From Bacteroidales bacterium (GTDB lineage Bacteria > Bacteroidota > Bacteroidia > Bacteroidales > UBA12077): a stretch of 32,000 bases of DNA. The stretch lies in contig JAEINU010000002.1 in the NCBI GenBank assembly GCA_016342685.1, forward strand, positions 111,085-143,084, read 5' to 3'. The notes below the pieces were generated by a model. That model saw only the letters and a list, made by a program, of their open reading frames with translations, searched no databases and had not been told where the DNA came from. Both the position numbers and the translations under genes were made by a program. Below, piece after piece: positions 9,655-17,402 of this stretch (position 1 is its first letter; every line of letters begins with the position of its first letter).

Positions 9655-10026
9655 ATGGATTTAGAAAAAATATTCAAATTAGTTTTAGATAGTTCCTTTA
9701 AAATACACACAGCATTGGGTCCAGGCTTACTTGAGAGTGCTTATGAAGAATGCCTTTACTATGAACTTCTCCAGTCAGGTTTAAAAGTAAGAAAACAGGT
9801 ACCACTGCCACTTATTTATCAGGAAGTAAAACTTGAAGTTGGATATAGAGTTGATTTGTTAGTTGAAGATAAAATAATTATCGAACTGAAATCAGTCGAA
9901 TCTTTAGCAGATATTCATATGGCACAAATACTTACTTATTTGAAACTCTCAAAATGTAAGTTAGGATTATTAGTAAACTTTAACGTAAGACATTTGAAAG
10001 ATGGTATCAAACGAGTAATTTTGTAA
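9655..10026 (+). CDS. GxxExxY protein (PD-(D/E)XK nuclease-like, PDDEXK_3-type)
   Basis: 123 aa. It has the family-defining GPGLLESAYEE (G-x-x-E-x-x-Y) and a PD-(D/E)XK-like core YRVDLLVEDKIIIELK. Confidence 0.85.
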   Translation: MDLEKIFKLVLDSSFKIHTALGPGLLESAYEECLYYELLQSGLKVRKQVPLPLIYQEVKLEVGYRVDLLVEDKIIIELKSVESLADIHMAQILTYLKLSKCKLGLLVNFNVRHLKDGIKRVIL

Positions 10027-10038
10027 TGCTTAGTGAAA

Positions 10039-10068
10039 CTTTGTGAAAACCTTTGTGTTCTTTGTGGT
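10039..10068 (-). repeat. Right arm of the inverted repeat flanking the GxxExxY gene
   Basis: CTTTGTG(10039-10045) N5 CTTTGTGT(10051-10058) N1 CTTTGTGGT(10060-10068). Its reverse complement is ACCACAAAG-A-ACACAAAG-GTTTT-CACAAAG. Confidence 0.85.
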
Positions 10069-10113
10069 AAAGCTTATTTCAACAATTGATTTAATTTTAA
10101 TTATTTACTTATA

Positions 10114-13100
10114 ATGTCAAGTTTATTTAACGGTTTATACGATTTATTTCGAAAATTTAGAATCTCATTTATATTCCTGATCCTTATCCTTTTTGGATTA
10201 TCTGCATACTTGGTCACGAAAATTAAGTTCGAAGAAGACATTACTAGAATGCTTCCTTCCGATGAAAATATTCAGCGAATAAGCACCGTTTCGCAGAACA
10301 TCAACTTTATGGATAAGTTGATTGTAAACATAGCTTTGAGTGATACAAACCTTGCATCAAATCCTGGGAAACTAATTGAGTTTGCCGATCAATTAAATAA
10401 GAAACTAGCTCCGCATCAGTCTGATTTAATAAAAAATATAAACTACCAAGTTTCCGATAAAATCATGTACGATGTATATGATATCTTCTTTGAAAACTTA
10501 CCCATTTTTCTTGAAGAAAAAGATTATCAAAGAATGGATAGTTTAATTCTAGAATCTTCCATTGAAAACTCAATCAAAAATAATTTCAAAACTCTGATTT
10601 CGCCGGCAAGCATGGTAATGAAGCAGTTTGTAATGAAAGATCCACTTCACTTCACCCCCATTGTTTTAGATAAGCTGAATACTTTTCAAATTGGTGATAA
10701 TTACGAAATTTACAACAGTAGAATTTTTACAAAAGATAAAAAAAACCTAAGTCTGTTTGTTACTTCTGCTTTCCCATCTGGTGAAACGAAAAAAAATGGT
10801 GAATTAATTAAACTATTAGATCAAACGATTGATAGTCTTGAAACAAAATTTAATCATGAAATAAAAGCACAATATTATGGTGCTGCAGCAGTAGGCGTAG
10901 GAAATGCAACCAGAATTAAGAAAGATATAAAGTTAACGGTAACCTTAGCTCTAATTGTACTTCTGGTTTTTATGAGTGTATTCTTTCGAAAGAAAAGTAT
11001 ATTCTTAATTCTATTTCTGCCAGCTATTTTTGGTGGTAGCATGTCCTTAGCAGTTCTTTATTTAATTAAAGGTTCTATTTCGGCCATATCGCTTGGAATT
11101 GGATCTGTTCTACTCGGAATTACAGTAGATTATTCATTGCACTTATTTACACATTATCGCAGTGTTGGCGATGTAAAAAAAGTAATGAAAGATATTGCTA
11201 CTCCTGTTCTGATGAGCACATTAACAACCGCTTCTGCATTTTTATGTTTGCTTTTTGTTAGTTCTCAAGCTTTACAGGATTTAGGAATGTTTGCTGCCAT
11301 AAGTGTTGTAGTAGCCGCATTATTTTCTTTGATTGTTCTTCCACATTTCTTAAAGAAAAAGGATTACGAAAAGAATATTAAGACTAATAAAAAATCGATT
11401 ATTGAAAAAATAACAGCATATCCATACGAAAAAAATAAATATCTGATTCTTGGAATCGTAGCATTTACAATTGTTTCTATATTTTTCTCGGGCAAAACGT
11501 CCTTCGATGGCGATATGGATAAAATGAGTTATCTGTCTGATGAACTTCGAGAAGCTGAAACAAATCTGAATAAAATAGCCAATGTAACTCTCAAATCAGT
11601 TTATTTAATTAGCACAGGAGATAATTTAGAAGAAGCTTTAATTAACAACGAAAAAGCGATTCCTGAGCTTGAAAAGCTAAAACAAAACGGGATAATAAAT
11701 CAATATACAACGGTTAGTAAAATTCTAATTTCTGATTCCTTGCAAAAGCAAAGAATCGCTCGATGGAATACATTCTGGACTCCAGAAAAAAAAGAACAAT
11801 TAAAACTAAACCTTCAGAAATCCGGTCAAAAATATAAGTTTAAACCCGACGCTTTTTCGACCTTTTATAGTCTTTTAGAGAAAGATCACAAAACGGTAAA
11901 ACAAGAAAGTTTGGGTGATTTAAGGAAACTTTTTGTTAGTGATTTTATAACAGAAAATGACGATATAACTACCGTTGTTAGTATCCTGAAAGCAGATGAG
12001 CTAAATAAACCATTCATTTATGAGAGCTTTGCACATGAAGATGATTTAGTTGTGTTCGATAAAAAATACATGACAGATAACTTGGTTCGAGTGCTTAAAG
12101 ATGACTTTAATTTATTGGTTAAACTTTCGTTAATCATTGTATTTTTAATACTTCTCTTGTCATTCGGGAGAATTGAGCTTGCTCTCTTAACATTTATCCC
12201 AATGGCTATTTCATGGATTTGGACTCTAGGTTTAATGGCCATATTTGGAATAAAGTTTACGATCTTTAACATAATTATCTCTACGTTCATTTTTGGATTA
12301 GGAATCGATTATTCCATTTTTATCATGCGTGGAATGTTACAAGAATACAAGTATGGAGTAAAGCATTTAAACTCTTATAAAACTTCCATTTTCCTTTCTG
12401 CCGTAACAACCGTAACAGGTATTGGCGTATTGGTTTTAGCAAAACATCCAGCCTTAAAATCTATGGCGTTGCTTTCTATTATTGGAATCTTATCAGTAAT
12501 TATTATATCCTATACTATTGAACCTGCCCTATTTAAATTGCTTATTTTAAATCGAAAGAAAAAAGGGAAAATAGCATTCTCCTTTCAAGAATTTATTAAT
12601 TCAATAATTGCCTGGAGTATATTTATTGCAGGATCAATCTATATTACTCTAGTTGGATTTATACTATTCACTGTATTCCGATCAAAAAATAAGTTTGCAA
12701 AACGATTCTTGAATTACTCAATGAGTTATTCATCTGCCGCTCTATATTACGGAATGTTTAATATTCGGAAAAAGATCATCAATCCGAATAAAGAACGATT
12801 AAAAAAGCCTTGCGTTATTATTAGCAATCATCAGTCACATATCGATCTGATTTATCATATGTCAATCAATCCAAAAATCATTATTTTAACAAATGATTGG
12901 GTTCAAAACAGTAAGATTTATGGTCGACTAGTTCAAATGGTTGATTTTTACCCTGTTACCGAAGGTTATGAAGCTTTAATTCCAAAGCTTCAGGAAAAAG
13001 TTAAAAACGGTTATTCAATTCTAGTTTACCCGGAAGGCACACGATCCGTGAACTACAAGATGAAGCGTTTTCATAAAGGTGCGTTTTATTTAGCCGAGAA

Positions 13101-13977
13101 ATTGAACTTAGATATTCTGCCAATTGTTATGCATGGTGCCGGTTATTGCATGACTAAAGGCGATGATTTATTAGTTAAGAATGCAACTATTACAACGAAA
13201 TATTTAGATAGAATTACTCCCGAAAATAAAGATTACGGAGAGAATTACTCTGAAAGGGCTAAAAAAATTGGCAAATATTTCCGCGAAGTTTATAATCAAA
13301 TGAGATTAGAACTAGAAGGAACTAAGTATTATCGTAATCAATTAGTTAAGAACTACATATATAAAGGGCCGGTTTTAGAATGGTATTTAAAAGTGAAACT
13401 GAAACTTGAGAATAATTACGAATTATTTGATACTTTAATTCCCCGAAAAGGGAAAATATATGATATTGGTTGTGGGTATGGATATTTATCGTATATGCTT
13501 CATTTTGTTTCGGATGAACGAATTATAAAAGGTGTCGATCACGATTCTGAAAAGATTTTGGTTGCAAATAATTATCCATCGAAAAATGAGAAGGTTGATT
13601 TTGATTGTGCCGATATTACCAAATATGATTTTGAACCCGCTGATGTATTTTTATTTAGCGATGTATTGCACTACATTCCTAAAAAAGATCAGGAAACTGT
13701 AATCTCAAATTGTATTGCTAATTTAAACGATAATGGAATTATTATTATTCGTGATGCCAATACTAAACTGAAAGATAGACACAAAGGAACACGATTTACT
13801 GAGATTTTCTCAACAAAAATCTTTGGATTTAATAAAACCATTAGCGAATCAAAAGAACTGTATTTTGTATCTTCGGACGATGTTTTAGAGATTTTCAAAA
13901 AATACAATATGGAAGTTGAAATTGTTGATCAAACAAAACGAACTTCCAACATTGTTTATATTATTAGAAAAAAATAA
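10114..13977 (+). CDS. Triple fusion: MMPL/RND-type exporter + lysophospholipid-type acyltransferase + class I SAM-dependent methyltransferase
   Basis: Residues ~1-815 show two blocks of about six TM helices separated by large loops (MMPL-like). The acyltransferase H-x4-D motif is NHQSHID (His906, nt 12829-12846), with YPEGTRS at ~nt 13027-13047. The SAM motif I is IYDIGCGYGYLS (~nt 13456-13491). It is one uninterrupted 1287-codon ORF. Confidence 0.85.
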   Translation: MSSLFNGLYDLFRKFRISFIFLILILFGLSAYLVTKIKFEEDITRMLPSDENIQRISTVSQNINFMDKLIVNIALSDTNLASNPGKLIEFADQLNKKLAPHQSDLIKNINYQVSDKIMYDVYDIFFENLPIFLEEKDYQRMDSLILESSIENSIKNNFKTLISPASMVMKQFVMKDPLHFTPIVLDKLNTFQIGDNYEIYNSRIFTKDKKNLSLFVTSAFPSGETKKNGELIKLLDQTIDSLETKFNHEIKAQYYGAAAVGVGNATRIKKDIKLTVTLALIVLLVFMSVFFRKKSIFLILFLPAIFGGSMSLAVLYLIKGSISAISLGIGSVLLGITVDYSLHLFTHYRSVGDVKKVMKDIATPVLMSTLTTASAFLCLLFVSSQALQDLGMFAAISVVVAALFSLIVLPHFLKKKDYEKNIKTNKKSIIEKITAYPYEKNKYLILGIVAFTIVSIFFSGKTSFDGDMDKMSYLSDELREAETNLNKIANVTLKSVYLISTGDNLEEALINNEKAIPELEKLKQNGIINQYTTVSKILISDSLQKQRIARWNTFWTPEKKEQLKLNLQKSGQKYKFKPDAFSTFYSLLEKDHKTVKQESLGDLRKLFVSDFITENDDITTVVSILKADELNKPFIYESFAHEDDLVVFDKKYMTDNLVRVLKDDFNLLVKLSLIIVFLILLLSFGRIELALLTFIPMAISWIWTLGLMAIFGIKFTIFNIIISTFIFGLGIDYSIFIMRGMLQEYKYGVKHLNSYKTSIFLSAVTTVTGIGVLVLAKHPALKSMALLSIIGILSVIIISYTIEPALFKLLILNRKKKGKIAFSFQEFINSIIAWSIFIAGSIYITLVGFILFTVFRSKNKFAKRFLNYSMSYSSAALYYGMFNIRKKIINPNKERLKKPCVIISNHQSHIDLIYHMSINPKIIILTNDWVQNSKIYGRLVQMVDFYPVTEGYEALIPKLQEKVKNGYSILVYPEGTRSVNYKMKRFHKGAFYLAEKLNLDILPIVMHGAGYCMTKGDDLLVKNATITTKYLDRITPENKDYGENYSERAKKIGKYFREVYNQMRLELEGTKYYRNQLVKNYIYKGPVLEWYLKVKLKLENNYELFDTLIPRKGKIYDIGCGYGYLSYMLHFVSDERIIKGVDHDSEKILVANNYPSKNEKVDFDCADITKYDFEPADVFLFSDVLHYIPKKDQETVISNCIANLNDNGIIIIRDANTKLKDRHKGTRFTEIFSTKIFGFNKTISESKELYFVSSDDVLEIFKKYNMEVEIVDQTKRTSNIVYIIRKK

Positions 13978-13995
13978 AGAATTGAGTTTAAATTG

Positions 13996-14069
13996 TTGTC
14001 TATCTTTCGACAAGCTCAAGATGACAACTAACTAAAATGTGGCTTGTCACACTGAGCCTGTCGAAGTGT
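13996..14069 (+). repeat. Palindromic intergenic repeat, copy 1
   Basis: TTGTCTATCTTTCGACAAGCTCAAGATGACAA ... TTGTCACACTGAGCCTGTCGAAGTG. The two arms are imperfect reverse complements of each other. The copy lies just 3' of the fusion gene. Confidence 0.85.
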
Positions 14070-14108
14070 ATCAAATGTAATAAGGAATAAAGGAATTAAG
14101 CACTTTAA

Positions 14109-15599
14109 ATGTCAAAATACGATGTTGTAATAATAGGAAGTGGTTTGAGTGGTTTGCTTTGTGGAAACATACTTAGCAAAGAAGGAAAAAGTGTGTGCAT
14201 TCTCGAAAAACAACATCAATTTGGCGGTAACCTGCAAACTTTTAAACGCGAAGGCAAAGTTTTCGATACAGGAGTTCATTATGTTGGTGGATTAGGTGAA
14301 GGGCAAAACTTACATCAATATTTTAAGTACGCAGAAATTGTTGATAAGCTGAAACTTGAGCGCTTAGACATTGATGCTTTTGATAAAATTAGCTTCAAAG
14401 GAAAAACCTATTCCTTTGCTCAAGGATTTGATAATTTTGTAGAAACTCTTGCAAATGATTTCCCAAAGGAAAGGGAAGCTTTAAATAATTATAAAACCCA
14501 AATAAAAGATATTTGCAGTCACTTCCCACTCTACAACCTTCGTCCTAACTTAGGTTTAGATAATGAGCTTGATTATTTTGGTAAAAGTGTTGGTGATTTT
14601 TTACAATCAATAACACCGAATAAGACTTTACAGAATGTTTTAGCAGGTAACAATTTATTATACGCAGGAATTCCAAATAAAACGCCAGTTGCAACGCATG
14701 CTTTAATTACCAACTCTTTAATTGAAGGTGCTTACCGATTCGAAGATGGAAGTGATCAGCTTGCTGATTTATTAATTGAAACTATCAAAAATAATGGTGG
14801 AACATTAATTAATAGCAGCGAAGTTCGAAAACTTGAAATGGGCAATGGAAAAATAGAATCTGCAATTCTAACGAATGGTGAAGTAATTGAAGCCAATACT
14901 TTTATATCTACAATTCATCCTTCTCTTACACTTGCAATGACTGATTCTAAATTACTGCGAAAATCGTATCGTTCTAGAATAAATGATTTAGAAGAAACCA
15001 TGTCGGTTTTTGCAACTTACTTTTCGTTCAAACCAGATAGTTTCAAATACCTGAATTACAACTATTATCATTTTAACGAAAATAATGTTTGGAGCGTTCC
15101 AAATTACAATCACGATAAATGGCCACAAGAATTCTTGTTCCTTACACTTCCAAACAGTAAGTCCAAAACATTTGCAGAAACAGCAACAGCTATGACTTAT
15201 ATGAGCTACGATGAAGTTAAGCAATGGGAGAAATCAACTATTGGAAACCGTGGAAATGAATACGAAGAATTCAAAAAGTATAAAGCCGAAAAACTAATTG
15301 ATAATATTGATAAACAATTTCCTGGATTTAAGGATAGCATCGAAAATTATTATACATCTACCCCACTTTCTATGAAAGCTTACACTGGAACAAAAAATGG
15401 TTCGATGTACGGAATCCTGCATGATAGCAACGATCCTTTAAAAACAAAAATATCTCCTAGAACTAAAATTCCTAATTTACTTTTAAGCGGTCAGAACGTT
15501 AATTTTCATGGCGTTTTAGGAGTTACGGTAGCGTCAGTTTTTACATGTACCGAAATGTTGGGAATGGAATATTTACTCGAAAAAATTAACAATGCATAG
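14109..15599 (+). CDS. NAD(P)/FAD-dependent oxidoreductase, phytoene-desaturase (CrtI)-like
   Basis: N-terminal dinucleotide fold YDVVIIGSGLSGLLCG...LEKQHQFGG. C-terminal TGTKNGSMYG...LLLSGQN is typical of the CrtI/amine-oxidase superfamily. Confidence 0.75.
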   Translation: MSKYDVVIIGSGLSGLLCGNILSKEGKSVCILEKQHQFGGNLQTFKREGKVFDTGVHYVGGLGEGQNLHQYFKYAEIVDKLKLERLDIDAFDKISFKGKTYSFAQGFDNFVETLANDFPKEREALNNYKTQIKDICSHFPLYNLRPNLGLDNELDYFGKSVGDFLQSITPNKTLQNVLAGNNLLYAGIPNKTPVATHALITNSLIEGAYRFEDGSDQLADLLIETIKNNGGTLINSSEVRKLEMGNGKIESAILTNGEVIEANTFISTIHPSLTLAMTDSKLLRKSYRSRINDLEETMSVFATYFSFKPDSFKYLNYNYYHFNENNVWSVPNYNHDKWPQEFLFLTLPNSKSKTFAETATAMTYMSYDEVKQWEKSTIGNRGNEYEEFKKYKAEKLIDNIDKQFPGFKDSIENYYTSTPLSMKAYTGTKNGSMYGILHDSNDPLKTKISPRTKIPNLLLSGQNVNFHGVLGVTVASVFTCTEMLGMEYLLEKINNA

Positions 15600-17283
15600 A
15601 ATCAAAAAAATATTAAAAGCATTACTCAAGACTTCAATAGTTCTGATAATACTGATTATTATCTTAACAATCATTTTTAAGGTTACAAGCAAAATTAATC
15701 CGCCTGAAGTTCAAAATAAAGAAATTCAAGGTTTAAAAAGAACTCAAATTGATTCTAACTTTTATGCCATAAAGAATAATTGGTTAAAGAAAAACGATCA
15801 TGGATTATGGGAAATGTATGTTGAAGGAGAAGCATACGAACGCGGATTGGTAAATGGCAAATTATCGAAAGAATTAATTTACAAACAAGAAAGTGCATTT
15901 GTAAATCAAATAAAAGTGATGATTCCATCAGATTCGTATCTGAAGTTTTTGCGAAGCTTCATTGCTTTTTTTAATCGAAACATCGATAAACATGTAATTG
16001 ACGAATATCAAAAAGAAATTTACGGAATCTCAAAATCAACATCCAATGAGTTTGAATTTGTAGCACCGAATTATCAACGAATGTTGAACTATCATGCTGC
16101 ACACGATATTGGGCATGCTTTGCAAAACTTGAATTTGGTTGCCTGCACTGCATTTGGAGCTTGGGATTCTCAAACAACAGATAGCTCTTTAATTATTGGT
16201 CGTAATTTTGACTTTTACATGGGCGATGAATTTGCCGAAGAAAAAGTTGTAATGTTTTTCAATCCTGATAAGGGACACAAATTCATGATTGTTTCATGGG
16301 CAAGTATGATTGGTGCTACATCTGGAATGAACGATCAAGGATTAACAGTTACATTGAATGCCGCTAAATCGGAAATTCCTTTTAGTGCTGCAACTCCTGT
16401 TTCGCTTGTTGCAAGAGAAATATTACAATATGCATCGAATATTGAAGAAGCATTCGAGATTGCTAAAAAGAGAAAAATGTTTGTTTCAGAATCACTGTTT
16501 ATTGGCTCTGCAAAAGATCATAAAACTGTAACAATTGAAAAATCTCCTGATAAACAAGCTTTGCTTATTTCGCATAATGACTACATTATTTGTAGTAATC
16601 ATTTTCAGAGCGACGAATTAAAAAAGGATGAATTTGTAAATGCAAACACAAATGATTATGCTACAACATATCGATTTAAACGAGTTGAAGAATTAATAAA
16701 TCAGAATCCAAAATTAAATGTTTACTCTGTTGCAAAGATTTTACGCGACCAAAAAGGTTTAAACAACACAAATATTGGAATGGGAAATGAGAAAGCTGTG
16801 AACCAGTTAATTGCTCATCATTCTGTGATCTTTAAACCCGAAGAATTAAAGGTTTGGGTTTCCACATCTTCATTTCAGTTGGGCGAATTTATTTGTTATG
16901 ATCTAAACAAGGTATTTGCAAACGCAACAAACTTATCGGACACAATAATCAATTATGAAACTGAACTTACCATTCCTGTAGATACTTTCCTGTACTCAAA
17001 AGAATTTGAGAATTTTAATCGATTTAAAGAAATAAGAACTCAAATTCAGGCAGCTATTAAATCTGGAACCAGAATACCAGATGAAGATTATCTGTTTAAC
17101 GAGATCATAGAATTAAATCCTGAGTTTTTTGAGACATACGTTTACTTAGGAAACTACTTTAAGAAATTTGAGTTAAAAGACAAAGCGATTTTAGCATATA
17201 ATAAAGCCTTAAAAAAGGAGATCCCTAATATTTACCAAAGGGAGAATATTGAAGAAAAAATAAAGGAAATAAATACGAAATAA
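15592..17283 (+). CDS. Membrane-anchored C45-family (Ntn-hydrolase type) autoproteolytic acyltransferase/hydrolase with a TPR-like tail
   Basis: N-terminal TM helix SIVLIILIIILTIIF. The putative Ntn nucleophile context is LVA-CTAFGAWD (Cys185, nt 16144-16146), followed by LIIGRNFDFY as in the C45/choloylglycine-hydrolase fold. The C-terminal YLGNYFKKFELKDKAILAYNKALKK is TPR-like. It overlaps the upstream gene by 8 nt. Confidence 0.7.
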   Translation: MHRIKKILKALLKTSIVLIILIIILTIIFKVTSKINPPEVQNKEIQGLKRTQIDSNFYAIKNNWLKKNDHGLWEMYVEGEAYERGLVNGKLSKELIYKQESAFVNQIKVMIPSDSYLKFLRSFIAFFNRNIDKHVIDEYQKEIYGISKSTSNEFEFVAPNYQRMLNYHAAHDIGHALQNLNLVACTAFGAWDSQTTDSSLIIGRNFDFYMGDEFAEEKVVMFFNPDKGHKFMIVSWASMIGATSGMNDQGLTVTLNAAKSEIPFSAATPVSLVAREILQYASNIEEAFEIAKKRKMFVSESLFIGSAKDHKTVTIEKSPDKQALLISHNDYIICSNHFQSDELKKDEFVNANTNDYATTYRFKRVEELINQNPKLNVYSVAKILRDQKGLNNTNIGMGNEKAVNQLIAHHSVIFKPEELKVWVSTSSFQLGEFICYDLNKVFANATNLSDTIINYETELTIPVDTFLYSKEFENFNRFKEIRTQIQAAIKSGTRIPDEDYLFNEIIELNPEFFETYVYLGNYFKKFELKDKAILAYNKALKKEIPNIYQRENIEEKIKEINTK

Positions 17284-17290
17284 TAATAAT

Positions 17291-17360
17291 CACACTTCGA
17301 CAAGCTCAGCATGACATTGGTCGATTTGTTGTCATCTTGAGCCTGTCGAAAGATAGACAA
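17291..17360 (-). repeat. Palindromic intergenic repeat, copy 2 (inverted relative to copy 1)
   Basis: The reverse complement reads TTGTCTATCTTTCGACAGGCTCAAGATGACAA...TGTCATGCTGAGCTTGTCGAAGTG. The arms match copy 1 with a few mismatches, and the loop differs. Confidence 0.85.
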
Positions 17361-17402
17361 CATTCTAATATAATTAACATATTACCCAATAACTAAATTT
17401 AA

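Noticed and set aside
9655-10026. The GxxExxY gene as part of a toxin-antitoxin or anti-phage defence module.
   Set aside because: There is no partner gene within the inverted-repeat-bounded unit, and the neighbours are biosynthetic genes of an otherwise colinear operon.
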